Assembly (NCBI GenBank): GCA_048882325.1
Contig: JBHLRS010000009.1
Location: 1-64,000, forward strand
Reading direction: 5' to 3'
From: Candidatus Thorarchaeota archaeon
Lineage (GTDB): Archaea; Asgardarchaeota; Thorarchaeia; Thorarchaeales; Thorarchaeaceae
Length of the DNA: 64,000 nt
Below are positions 19,408 through 29,038 of this stretch, piece by piece (positions within the stretch are counted from its first letter, which is position 1; each line of letters opens with the position of its first letter). The notes beneath the pieces were generated by a model, which was not told where the DNA came from, made no database searches, and worked only from the letters and a program-made list of their open reading frames with translations. Position numbers and translations under genes: made by a program.

Positions 19408-19554
19408 AGTGCCACCAACTAGGGTGATACAAGTTCCTTGTTTTAACATCATCCATCGAGGATGAAACCTTCATCAGAAACGCTGTGTGGGAAATGTAAT
19501 AAACCGTCTACTCAGATTTCAATTGGCGCCGACCTTTGTCAGGTGAGATAAAAA

Positions 19555-20532
19555 ATGGTCAACATCAGGAGACTCCAACAAACTGGTGGGAAGAATGGAA
19601 GTTCCTTTCTGATTATACTACCAAAGGACTGGGTGATCAGACAGAAGTTGAGTAAAGGAGACCCTGTGGTGGTTGCTGAGCGTGAGGATGGTTGTCTGAT
19701 TGTAGACCCACGTCTTCCAAAAGCAGGTGAGCACAAAACCACTACCGCTAAGATGGAACAGAATCTGAGATGGGAGATTACCAGTAGATACCTGCTTGGT
19801 TTTGATGAGATTCGGATTGTCAGTGAGGAACCTATAACGAACACCCAGAGAGATGACCTAAAACGGATAATCAAACGATTTGTGGCGCTGGAAGTAACTG
19901 AGGAGGACGACCATCAGATAGTGGTTCGATGTCTTGTGGACCCGGCGACTCTACCAGTGAATACTGCAATGCGCAGGATGCACCTCATCACTTCTAGAAT
20001 GATTAGCGATTCCTTGTCTGCATACTTTGAAGGAAACAAGGAAGTGGCTGAAGATGTGGTGCAGCGAGATGAGGAGGTCGATCGTTTATTCTTCTTGATT
20101 GTCAGAGAATTACGGTCTGCAATCCAATACCCTCGAATGAGTGAAATGATGAGTATCACACCGGTTGAAGCACTAGATTTCAGACTTGCGGCACAATACA
20201 TTGAACGCATTGCAGACTTAGCTGTCGATATTGCTCGAAGAGTAGCGGACCCCATTGATGCTTCATTGAAGAAGAGGTTCAGTCCAATCGTGGAAAAAGT
20301 GAGCAAGATGTTCACAGACTCTTTCAATAACTTATTCAAGTTTAATCCGAAGAAGGTTCAGGCTGTGATAGAAGCTGAGGATGATTTGATTGCCGACACT
20401 GGAAAGCTCAGGCAACATATTGTAGCTACTCGAAACGGACAACCTCAGACGCAGGTCTTGGTTGTTGATAGCTTGTTGAGAATGGGAGAAGCTGCAAAGG
20501 ACATTGTAGACTTGGCTCTACCTTATAGCTAG
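19555..20532 (+). CDS. phosphate uptake regulator PhoU with N-terminal AbrB domain
   Basis: RRLQQTGG..IILPKDW, DEEVDRL, ERIADLA. Confidence 0.88.
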   Translation: MVNIRRLQQTGGKNGSSFLIILPKDWVIRQKLSKGDPVVVAEREDGCLIVDPRLPKAGEHKTTTAKMEQNLRWEITSRYLLGFDEIRIVSEEPITNTQRDDLKRIIKRFVALEVTEEDDHQIVVRCLVDPATLPVNTAMRRMHLITSRMISDSLSAYFEGNKEVAEDVVQRDEEVDRLFFLIVRELRSAIQYPRMSEMMSITPVEALDFRLAAQYIERIADLAVDIARRVADPIDASLKKRFSPIVEKVSKMFTDSFNNLFKFNPKKVQAVIEAEDDLIADTGKLRQHIVATRNGQPQTQVLVVDSLLRMGEAAKDIVDLALPYS

Positions 20533-20543
20533 AGGAATGATAG

Positions 20544-21926
20544 ATGATTCAGAAAATATTTGGCACATCAGGCATCAGGGGATCTATTATCGATAAATCA
20601 ACTCCTGACCTAGCACTTGGTCTTGGACGAGCACTTGGCTCATTCCTCGATGGGAAAGGGATTGTGGGGGTGGGTATCGATGCACGGACCTCGAGAGAGA
20701 TGTTGAAGAGTGCTTTCATCGGAGGAGTACTATCAACCGGTACAGATGTGGTGGATCTAGGAATAACGCCAATGCCGACTGTGGCTTCATATAGTACTGT
20801 TGAGGGGATCTCAGCCTCCATTATCATAACAGCCAGTCATAACCCCCCAGGGGACAACGGTTTCAAGTTCTTCAATTCAGGACGTGAGTTTGTCAGACCA
20901 GAGGAGGAGTTCTTGGAACATTCTGTGTTCAACAAGGAGTATAAGGTTGCTTCATGGGACAAGATAGGACAACTGTCTAGGAGAAACATCAAGGTAGACT
21001 ATCTAGCCAGGGTGAAGAAGTTCTTGTCAAGTAGGGGAGGGTTGAGTAAAGGTACCAAGGTCCTTGTCGACCTTGCAAACGGAGCAGCTACAGAGTACAC
21101 ACCTGAACTTCTTGGGGACCTTGGCTTCTCTGTCACCACCATGAACTCTCATCAGGATGGTCACTTTCCAGGCAGACCAGCTGAACCATCACCGCGAAAT
21201 CTTGGAGATGCTATGAGGATCTCTGCGGCATCCGATTTTGCAGTGACGATGTGTCACGATGGTGATGGCGATAGATTGGCTGTGATTGATGAAGAAGGTG
21301 AGTTCATAGACCAGAACCGTGTCATCGCTGTATTTGCAAGAGATGAAGTCGAGAGAAGTGGTGGAGGAATAGTTCTCGTTTCGATTGATACATCGAGCGT
21401 GATTGATGAGATTGTAAACTCTGCAGGAGGGGCTGTGGTCAGGATGCCTTTAGGGTCTCTACAGGAGTATCTAGCGGGTGACAAGGGCAAGAATGTAGTA
21501 TTTGCATCAGAGCCCTGGAAACCAATATTCACGGAATTAGGCGAATGGATGGATGGGATCACTGGAGCTGGTCGCTTTGCTCAGTTGGTGGATGAGTTAG
21601 GCGACGGAAGCTGCATGAATTTGATGAACACTGTTCCCAAGTATCCTATGCTGAGAGATTTCGTACCCTGTCCAGATAATATCAAACAGCAATTCTTACC
21701 ACGTGTCAAGGAACTGCTCGTCCCTGAGATTAGTGGCGTGGAACAGGTTCTTGAGGTGGATGGTGTTCGAATAGAGAACAAGGATGGGTCCTATGTACTG
21801 GTTAGAGTGTCAGGAACTGAACCAAAAGCCAGAGTGTACGTTGGTGGGAAGACTCAGGAAACAGTGGACAAACTCTCTGAGATCGCCAAGAAGATAATGA
21901 CACGGGTCCTAGATGAATTACAATAG
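20544..21926 (+). CDS. alpha-D-phosphohexomutase (GlmM/PMM-PGM family)
   Basis: FGTSGIRG, TASHNP, DGDGDR, RVSGTEP. Confidence 0.92.
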   Translation: MIQKIFGTSGIRGSIIDKSTPDLALGLGRALGSFLDGKGIVGVGIDARTSREMLKSAFIGGVLSTGTDVVDLGITPMPTVASYSTVEGISASIIITASHNPPGDNGFKFFNSGREFVRPEEEFLEHSVFNKEYKVASWDKIGQLSRRNIKVDYLARVKKFLSSRGGLSKGTKVLVDLANGAATEYTPELLGDLGFSVTTMNSHQDGHFPGRPAEPSPRNLGDAMRISAASDFAVTMCHDGDGDRLAVIDEEGEFIDQNRVIAVFARDEVERSGGGIVLVSIDTSSVIDEIVNSAGGAVVRMPLGSLQEYLAGDKGKNVVFASEPWKPIFTELGEWMDGITGAGRFAQLVDELGDGSCMNLMNTVPKYPMLRDFVPCPDNIKQQFLPRVKELLVPEISGVEQVLEVDGVRIENKDGSYVLVRVSGTEPKARVYVGGKTQETVDKLSEIAKKIMTRVLDELQ

Positions 21927-21929
21927 AAG

Positions 21930-22046
21930 TGGCGCCGGGGATGAGATTTGAACTCGTGTCCTGTGTCATAATATACACAGAATCTCACGCGCCACAAAGG
22001 GCAGCGGTTTTCGAGACCGCCTCCATAGCCACTAGGAGACCCCGGC
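21930..22046 (-). tRNA. tRNA-Ser(CGA) with 31-nt intron at 53/54 (21953-21983)
   Basis: Acceptor GCCGGGG/CCCCGGC, anticodon arm GCGGT-CTCGAAA-ACCGC, long variable arm, encoded CCA, HBh' motif. Confidence 0.9.
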
Positions 22047-22213
22047 TCAGTCTGTTTCCATAATTCTGGAGATATAATGTTAATTGTCTGTAATTAGAAC
22101 CATAAATCGAGCGTCAAAATTCACTAAATTTAGAGGTTCTCTCTGATTTTCCTAAAGCCATAATACTCAATACATACAGTGATTCTAAATTCAGAGTTGG
22201 AGAGTCTACGTCA

Positions 22214-22627
22214 ATGTCAGTTGAACAAGTTGAAAAATGGTTGAAGTCGCTCGAAGTGTCTTTCGAGCTGGTGAAGGACATCAACACATTCAAGCTAACA
22301 TGGGATGTTGATGGAACACCATTCGAGATTAGGGTAGCAATTCGTGCTGACAGATGGATTCATGTCGCAGTACTGCTTCTTAAACCAGAGGAGATTCCAC
22401 AGGAGTACAGGGAAGAACTGTATGGTCTTTTACTTCGAGAGAACTGGATGCTTGATGACGTAACTTACTCCATGGACGAAAATGGGAATCTGTACTCTGA
22501 GAACGATATTCCTGAACTGACAAACCTTGAGAACTTCAAAAGCGAGCTTGACGCTGTCATTTTCGGTCTTGAACGCTTCTTTACGATTGTGTCTAGTCGA
22601 TTTGGAATCGAACCAAGAGGCACATAG
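22214..22627 (+). CDS. YbjN/T3SS-chaperone-like domain protein
   Basis: LYGLLLRENW..YSMDENGNLY pattern. Confidence 0.65.
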   Translation: MSVEQVEKWLKSLEVSFELVKDINTFKLTWDVDGTPFEIRVAIRADRWIHVAVLLLKPEEIPQEYREELYGLLLRENWMLDDVTYSMDENGNLYSENDIPELTNLENFKSELDAVIFGLERFFTIVSSRFGIEPRGT

Positions 22628-22700
22628 TTCGTGATCAGAAAGTGAGAAGAGAGTATAGTGAAACGCGAAAATAACTAGATAATGAGGCTTACTGAGAAAG

Positions 22701-22817
22701 TGGTGCGGAGGGCGAGATTCGAACTCGCGGACTTCTACAAGATTACCCCGGTGCCGCAAGCGCGACTCCGTCAGGATCCTAAGTCCTGCGCCTTTAACCT
22801 GGCTTGGCTACCTCCGC
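22701..22817 (-). tRNA. tRNA-Leu(TAG) with 29-nt intron at 43/44 (22743-22771)
   Basis: GCGGAGG/CCTCCGC, CAGGA-CTTAGGA-TCCTG, TTCGAAT, CCA; full hBHBh'. Confidence 0.92.
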
Positions 22818-22867
22818 GTGAGTGAGAGAAGGTTGAGAACAGGCCAGTTTTAACCGTTTTGCATTCT

Positions 22868-23014
22868 TTAGTCATCAACAGTTTCCCATATATGACTACA
22901 GCGCGGGCAACGCCACTTCTTTCGGTACTTGCCGCCCCCAAACATCTCTTTTCGGACCAGGGCGACCTCATTGAACCCGCATCTTGAGCATGTTATTTCG
23001 TCCATGTGACGCAT
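22868..23014 (-). CDS. 48-aa zinc-ribbon protein resembling the TFS C-terminal ribbon (below the ORF-track cutoff)
   Basis: MRHMDEITCSRCGFNEVALVRKEMFGGGKYRKKWRCPRCSHIWETVDD; GAGGT upstream. Confidence 0.75.
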   Translation of the reverse strand: MRHMDEITCSRCGFNEVALVRKEMFGGGKYRKKWRCPRCSHIWETVDD

Positions 23015-23178
23015 CTCAAACCTCAAAGAACATGAATATCATATCTAGTTTTGCCAGCTGTATCGGGACATGTCGCAATGTTTTTATTAGACTCGTAAGA
23101 TGTCGGCGCGTTTCTGTGGTTAACCGCCATAGAGCGGTTCATGACTTCTGGAGTTTCCAGTAAGAGTGTGATATTCAG

Positions 23179-23832
23179 ATGTCCTCAAAAAGTAGACAAG
23201 CAGCGGCAAGGACCAGGGATAAGTGGCGAGAGAAGATCTGGTATCAGATCCTTGCTCCGGACTATTTCGAAAACAAAGATATAGGCAAGACGCCAGCAGT
23301 CGCTCCTGAGCAGCTGATTGGAAGAACTGTTCAGCCTACATTGTATGATATAACTGGGGACTTCGATCGGATACATGTTAAACTTCGATTTAAAATAATG
23401 GAAGTTGCAGGACAACAAGCAAAGACTGTGTTCTATGGACATGAATGGAGTTCTGATTACCTCAGAGGACTAGTTCGAAGAGGAACTTCTAGGATTGACT
23501 GGATTGGCCCGATTCTGACCAAGGACGACTATTTGATGCGCATATCAGTCATTGTCTTCACAACCACCCGTGCGAAGACAAGCCAGGAACATGCAGTCAG
23601 AAGAGCAACAGAGAAGGTCATTCGTGCACATGCAAAGAAGCATGTCTTTGATGAGCTTGTTCAGAAAGTGATTCTCGGCGATCTTGCTTCAGAGGTACAC
23701 GAAGAGGTCAAGAAGATTATCCCAATTCGTGAGTGTGAGATTAGAAAAAGCAAGGTACTGAAGGGACCTGAGGAAGTCAAAATCAGAAGAGCTAGACTTC
23801 GCAGAGGCACTGAGAAAGAAAAGGAAACCTAG
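23179..23832 (+). CDS. rps3ae: ribosomal protein eS1 (S3Ae)
   Basis: DKWREKIWY, YLRGLVRRGTSRID, IIPIRECEIRKSKVL. Confidence 0.95.
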   Translation: MSSKSRQAAARTRDKWREKIWYQILAPDYFENKDIGKTPAVAPEQLIGRTVQPTLYDITGDFDRIHVKLRFKIMEVAGQQAKTVFYGHEWSSDYLRGLVRRGTSRIDWIGPILTKDDYLMRISVIVFTTTRAKTSQEHAVRRATEKVIRAHAKKHVFDELVQKVILGDLASEVHEEVKKIIPIRECEIRKSKVLKGPEEVKIRRARLRRGTEKEKET

Positions 23833-23839
23833 AGGGTTT

Positions 23840-24202
23840 CTATGCACTCATACTCTCAAGCTTGTGAAGAGCTTGTAGCAGAAGTACCATTAGGTTTGCT
23901 AGCTTAGTGAGGGCTTCAGTGTCTGTTTCATTATCGACAACCTCATTGAGAGCTTTCAGTTTGTTGATCAGGGTTTCTCTGAGTCCTGGGATTAATATCT
24001 TGACAGCTTGCACTTCTACTTCCTCATCTGACTGTGCGTATACTATCCGTCTATCACACTTGGCACAGTAGATGTCATCTTTCACCTTGAATAGAGGAGA
24101 GCCACACTGAGGACATGCATCAGCTAGCATTGTTGCTCCCTGTCGCAAGAGTTCAGCCATTCGTTTTACAGAAGTGTCATCATTGTCACTCATTGTGCTC
24201 AC
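23840..24202 (-). CDS. SSSCA1/UPF0148 zinc-ribbon protein
   Basis: MAELLRQGATMLADACPQCGSPLF..YCAKC. Confidence 0.88.
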   Translation of the reverse strand: MSTMSDNDDTSVKRMAELLRQGATMLADACPQCGSPLFKVKDDIYCAKCDRRIVYAQSDEEVEVQAVKILIPGLRETLINKLKALNEVVDNETDTEALTKLANLMVLLLQALHKLESMSA

Positions 24203-24381
24203 TTGTAAACAGGGGTTTGTTGAGATATAAGAGAAGCTGCATTACTATGGTGTCATCTGCGGGCTGAATATATACTCACAAACCGTTAGGTGTGATGAAA
24301 ACGTTGATATGGTTAACTCGATGATTTGCAATTGTTGTTCGCACTCCGTTTGTGCGTAAAGACCATTCAGAGGTGAGTCCT

Positions 24382-24645
24382 TTGGACCCCGAAATACAGA
24401 AGAGCATAGACCAGTCTAAACACCTCCTAAAACAGATATCGGAGGATTCCTCTGTTCCCAGGAACATTAGGCGCGCAGCAAATGAAGCAATTACTGTTCT
24501 TGAGAATGAAACAGACTCTCCAGCTGTGAGAGCGCAGAATGCGATATCAATCTTGGATGAGCCAAGCCAAGACCCGAACTGTCCAAACCATGCTCGGACT
24601 AAGATTTGGCATGTTTCCAGCCTGCTGGAGCCAATTCGTGACTAG
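24382..24645 (+). CDS. UPF0147 family protein
   Basis: DSSVPRNIRRAA, DPNCPNHARTKIW; start inferred. Confidence 0.88.
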   Translation: MDPEIQKSIDQSKHLLKQISEDSSVPRNIRRAANEAITVLENETDSPAVRAQNAISILDEPSQDPNCPNHARTKIWHVSSLLEPIRD

Positions 24646-24737
24646 CTCTGTTTGGGACGTAGTGGTGATTCAACAAGACCAACCAGAACCTAGCAAGGTA
24701 TTGGAAAGGTACCCATTCCCCGGGCCAGTGTTTGCTC

Positions 24738-26207
24738 ATGATAAAGGCGAGGATAAGAGGCATCTATTCGCAATCGTTGACGCAGATTATGCTGCAAAAT
24801 CACTTTGACATAGTGCAGCCCACTCCGGAGGTGGCAAGAAGATTTGGTCTCCCTTATCGGAGTGATATTCCAGATGTGGACATTTGGGATAGGAGTGATC
24901 TTCAGGGAATTGTGGCGATTGCATATGAGTCAGTTTTAACTCGTCTTACTGATGTATTACGTAGGAGACTTGGCGGTGTCATAACAAGGACTCCAAGGGT
25001 CGCTAAGAGCTCGGTCTATAGAGGAATTGTCCTTGGAAAAGATGAAAGAACGGGACAAACAAAGGTTGACTTAGGTACAATCTCTGGACTTCTGCCAGAC
25101 AGGGGACTTAAGAGAGGTCAACAAATCATGGTCCAGATACGTGCCCATGATTATGGACGGAAAGCTCCAGTTCTATCATCAAGCATTACCATCCCTGGAC
25201 AAGCCGCTGTTCTGCTTCCTGAGCCGGTCGTTAGACTCAGCACCAAGATAAAGGATCAGGAGTCTCGCAGGAATCTGCTAACTCTTGGTCGGAAAATTCG
25301 CGAACACACGGAGAACTGGGGAGTGCTGTGGAGAACAGCTGCGGAGCGGCTGACTGAGGAAGAGCTACGTGAAGAGGTCGATGACCTTCTTGACACTGCA
25401 CAACAGGTGTACAACAAGTATAATGAACTGGAAACCGCAGGAATTCTGTTCGAGGGTACTAGTAATGCCGATATTGAGTTCCCTTTAGAAGTGAAAGATG
25501 CGCTCGATAAGACGCGCGCAAAGATCAAACCAACACTCGCACGACATCATTTTTACAAAAGCGCTGGTTATGCATCACTTGTTGACCTAGCAGAGATGAT
25601 TATCGAGGACCGTCCCGAGGAGCGAAGCTATGTCACTTCCAAGCTAGAGAAGGTGGTTTCACGAGACCTACCCAGAATCGATGACTCAATCAACATCGAA
25701 CATGTGAAACTGGATGGAAGGAATATTGTGCTTGCACGAGGACGGGTAGCTGAAACTACATCTAAGGGATTCATTATCAGAAGACAGTTCAGACACACAA
25801 ATCGGAAACTGAAGATGAACCAAGATACTCACGAGAGTGTTGATGTGGTCAGTAGTGAGGGTGATTATGCCCTGACTCAAGTAGTGCCAGCTGCGCTTTC
25901 ACTAGTAACCAACTATTATTCCCGTGATGGACATCTCAAGGGTACTTATGTCAATATCAATACAGGTGTTGAGGTGTACCCGAGTAATGGTAACAGTCCT
26001 GGTAGAATACGATATGTGGATTTGGAGATAGATGTGGTTAAGGCACCAATCACTGAAAACCCACGTATTATAGACCAGCATCTTCTGAAAAGAGCAGTCC
26101 AAAGAGGATTCATCACTGAGGAAATGGCTGAGGCATCACGTTCGAAGGCGCAAGCAATCTGCGACGAGTTGATGGTGTCGAGAGAACTCAGTACAGAAGC
26201 AATGTGA
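24738..26207 (+). CDS. fau-1: RNA-binding protein/ribonuclease FAU-1 (RNase E/G-like + DUF402)
   Basis: ARIRGIYSQSLT, YVNINTGVE..RYVDLEIDVV. Confidence 0.87.
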   Translation: MIKARIRGIYSQSLTQIMLQNHFDIVQPTPEVARRFGLPYRSDIPDVDIWDRSDLQGIVAIAYESVLTRLTDVLRRRLGGVITRTPRVAKSSVYRGIVLGKDERTGQTKVDLGTISGLLPDRGLKRGQQIMVQIRAHDYGRKAPVLSSSITIPGQAAVLLPEPVVRLSTKIKDQESRRNLLTLGRKIREHTENWGVLWRTAAERLTEEELREEVDDLLDTAQQVYNKYNELETAGILFEGTSNADIEFPLEVKDALDKTRAKIKPTLARHHFYKSAGYASLVDLAEMIIEDRPEERSYVTSKLEKVVSRDLPRIDDSINIEHVKLDGRNIVLARGRVAETTSKGFIIRRQFRHTNRKLKMNQDTHESVDVVSSEGDYALTQVVPAALSLVTNYYSRDGHLKGTYVNINTGVEVYPSNGNSPGRIRYVDLEIDVVKAPITENPRIIDQHLLKRAVQRGFITEEMAEASRSKAQAICDELMVSRELSTEAM

Positions 26208-26221
26208 ATCAAACAAGTGGT

Positions 26222-26461
26222 TTAATCGACAGAATCAGAGGTTCTCAATGACAGATCTATTGCGCTCATTATGTCCTCAAGAGTTGCAGCCAAACTCTCT
26301 AAAGAACGTGAAGAACGGATTATGACATTCACTTTTCGATCATCCAATGAGCATTCAATGTCAAGACCTTCTGGCAACGGAGTATTGTCAGGAGAGACTG
26401 CTGAGAGTGTCCTTCTTGCTTCTTCATCAGACTCAAATTCCAATTGAATGTGTGCAATCAA
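26222..26461 (-). CDS. pcc1: KEOPS subunit Pcc1
   Basis: AVSPDN, SLAATLEDIM; rps15-recJ-pcc1 context. Confidence 0.82.
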   Translation of the reverse strand: MIAHIQLEFESDEEARRTLSAVSPDNTPLPEGLDIECSLDDRKVNVIIRSSRSLESLAATLEDIMSAIDLSLRTSDSVD

Positions 26462-27807
26462 GAGGAGGCCCCCTTCTTTGTTTTGGGACCTACTGATTTG
26501 AGTACATCTTCTTTAGATTCTGGTGCAAGTCCTTTGAGCATGAGGGACTTTGGTGATGTTAGAACTGGTTCTAGATTCATCTTCTGCAATGATTGAATTA
26601 CATGATTAGTATCTATGTCCTGAGACGTCCAGATGACAACTGATGATTCATCGCTACTCATTAGGAGTGGACGTTCCTGACTGACAATACCGCTCTGAAG
26701 AACAACTCGGCCTACATCTGTCAGAAGTTCACACTGGACACCCGCAATCTCAATCGATGTGCTTGTTTCAGTAGATGTCCCCTTCAATTTCGTTTCCAGT
26801 CGTTCGATTGTTGAAATGACATCCTTATGATGATTCAGATAGGTATCAATCATATTTCGTAATGCTCTTCCGCGGTCTCCTATCCAGACACTCATAGCGG
26901 CACCTTGTTCTTGTCGGGCCCAAGCAGTCGCAGCTATGGCTTCAAGTCCTGATAGATATCGAAGTGGACTGGTTTCATTTTCCAGGGTGAGAATGTAGTC
27001 AGTCCCAAGAATATGCGGGATGATGCTTGGCCCGATTGTGTTGAGGAGTTTTGATGTTAGATGTTGTGTGAAATTCTGAGCCTCTGAATTGCTCAATGTA
27101 CTCATTGGAGAACGCAGCTTGGTGATAGGGATTTCCGACTCGTTGAGCAATGTGTCGCATGCCTTTTGGTTTCCGCTTATACCTCTGATGAATGGACGCG
27201 TGCTATAGAGCAGCAATTCATCGAGTGGTAAGAAACCAAATCCAAATATTCTGACCCCTTTGCGTTCCTCAATCAAGTTCCTCTCTTTGGCTTGTTTAAC
27301 CAAATCCTTGTTCGCTTTAGGGGTTAATTTGGAAAATTCAGTATGGAGTAAGGTTGCCGCAGCTGCAATCTGTAATTCATAGTCATAGGAGGAGAAACAT
27401 TCTTCTAAAAATGCAAAGACGGCAGCAGCTATTGTGTTACGAGTACCAAGTGTAAATGATTCAACCTGTTCTGATTCCGTCGTCCCCCCTATAAAAAGAG
27501 GGTAGCCCTCACCTTTCCGGATTTTCTTTTTTCCAACAGTATCGATTCCAACAAGAATGATAGACATTGATTCATACTTTGTTCTCAACTCATTTACTGC
27601 GTCCAAACTCATGAGTGGGGACTCATATGAAATATGAAATGCTCCACCTGACCTCATGATTGCTCTAGATAGTAGGGCAGTGGCTAAAGTGGAGATTGGA
27701 TCAAGAGAAGACACAAGGAGTACTTGTTTGTCATCTCTGAATTGGATTTCAGCACACTGCTTTTTCAACGACTTGAGCGACAGCGAGCCACGTGTTTTTT
27801 TACTCAT
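26458..27807 (-). CDS. degenerate RecJ/DHH-family protein (catalytic motifs lost)
   Basis: Position between rps15 and pcc1; FGFGFLPLDELLLYSTRPFIRGISGN region; no DHH motif. Confidence 0.65.
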   Translation of the reverse strand: MSKKTRGSLSLKSLKKQCAEIQFRDDKQVLLVSSLDPISTLATALLSRAIMRSGGAFHISYESPLMSLDAVNELRTKYESMSIILVGIDTVGKKKIRKGEGYPLFIGGTTESEQVESFTLGTRNTIAAAVFAFLEECFSSYDYELQIAAAATLLHTEFSKLTPKANKDLVKQAKERNLIEERKGVRIFGFGFLPLDELLLYSTRPFIRGISGNQKACDTLLNESEIPITKLRSPMSTLSNSEAQNFTQHLTSKLLNTIGPSIIPHILGTDYILTLENETSPLRYLSGLEAIAATAWARQEQGAAMSVWIGDRGRALRNMIDTYLNHHKDVISTIERLETKLKGTSTETSTSIEIAGVQCELLTDVGRVVLQSGIVSQERPLLMSSDESSVVIWTSQDIDTNHVIQSLQKMNLEPVLTSPKSLMLKGLAPESKEDVLKSVGPKTKKGASS

Positions 27808-27840
27808 TTCATGAGAACGGGGTGGTTGTTTATGATAAAA

Positions 27841-28302
27841 CTATCTCAAAAGTACAGCAGCCTGATCAGGACTGTATCTCCAATCTGCAGGAAGTATTTT
27901 CTTTTTACGGTAGTACTTTGAGAGTCGATGGATTTTACTTTCTACTAGTTGAAGACCTCGTTTGGAGACATAGTCTTTCTTGTTCTCTTCCAAGTGTCTT
28001 CGAATTGTGACCGCCTTTGTGATCATATTCCGAAGGTCTTCAGGTACACGTTTCTGAAGATCATTCTCACGAAGAATGTCCATGACTCTTTTACCAGCAA
28101 TTACTCGAACTAGAGGTACACCATATTGATCCCGAAGAATCTTACCTATCATGGATGGCGTGTTTCCACCTTTGGCAAGTTCTATTACTTTTGCTTCTAC
28201 CCACTGGGCGTCTTTCTCTTTATCCATCCACTCAGGGATTCTCAATGTGGAGGGGCGTTTGCTGCCAGATTGACCTTTGCGCCTTGTGTGCATTCTTGCC
28301 AT
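27841..28302 (-). CDS. rps15: ribosomal protein uS15
   Basis: MARMHTRRKGQSGS, ESKIHRLSKYYR. Confidence 0.96.
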   Translation of the reverse strand: MARMHTRRKGQSGSKRPSTLRIPEWMDKEKDAQWVEAKVIELAKGGNTPSMIGKILRDQYGVPLVRVIAGKRVMDILRENDLQKRVPEDLRNMITKAVTIRRHLEENKKDYVSKRGLQLVESKIHRLSKYYRKKKILPADWRYSPDQAAVLLR

Positions 28303-28396
28303 TGGAACTACCTCTAAGTCCAGTGATACCCTCAGAAACCGGGTCTGCCCCTCCGCCTAAGGCTGTGGATATAAAGATTACCTTGTGGCGAGTCTG

Positions 28397-29038
28397 CTAG
28401 TGATATCTGCCCCGCTCACGGATTTCGCTCATTCTTGACAAAACTGGTTCTGCTGCAGCTCCTAGAACGTCAACATAGCCCTCAATTGTTGCATCTAACA
28501 TGGTTTCCTGAAGATCCCAGTGAGTCGTTTCTAATGCTCTATGGATTAGATGAAGATCAACACCCTTCATCTCGACTGTTGCGTTCATCTCGGAAAGTCC
28601 GAAGTCTACAATCCACAGACGTGATTTTTCATCTACAATGATGTTACTGGTAGTTGGGTCTCCATGGACTACATTTCCTTCATGAAGAAAAGCAATTAGT
28701 CTACCAAAATTGTTACTAAATGCAGTTAGGTTCGATTGAGATACTTGTCCAGCCAACTGCTTGAGCTGAGTTCCCGGTATAAAGTCCATCAGAATAGTGT
28801 ATTTCTCAAGATTCACAGAGTATATCGCTGGAGTTGGTACACCAAGCGTTCGCGAAACTGTCATCATTTTGCATTCTCTACTAGTTCTTATCTTTCTAAG
28901 ATATGCATCTATTTCTTGAAGAAGATACGACTTCCCTTGACGCCATTTTAGTGCATAGGTAGACCCCCATTGTTCCACCTTGTAGATGACCGATTCTGCG
29001 CCTAAAGCCAAAACTTGTTTCATCAAGTCTACCTCCAT
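28397..29038 (-). CDS. bud32: KEOPS kinase Bud32
   Basis: GAES, VHGDPTTSN, VDFGLS, VDLHL, IRERGRY. Confidence 0.93.
   Translation of the reverse strand: MEVDLMKQVLALGAESVIYKVEQWGSTYALKWRQGKSYLLQEIDAYLRKIRTSRECKMMTVSRTLGVPTPAIYSVNLEKYTILMDFIPGTQLKQLAGQVSQSNLTAFSNNFGRLIAFLHEGNVVHGDPTTSNIIVDEKSRLWIVDFGLSEMNATVEMKGVDLHLIHRALETTHWDLQETMLDATIEGYVDVLGAAAEPVLSRMSEIRERGRYH

Noticed and set aside
22047-22700. YbjN gene as an island integrated between two tRNAs
   Set aside because: No duplicated tRNA 3' end (att) and no integrase
22430-22971. ORFs 22430-22759 and 22771-22971
   Set aside because: They run through tRNA-Leu; the real small gene is in another frame (22868-23014)
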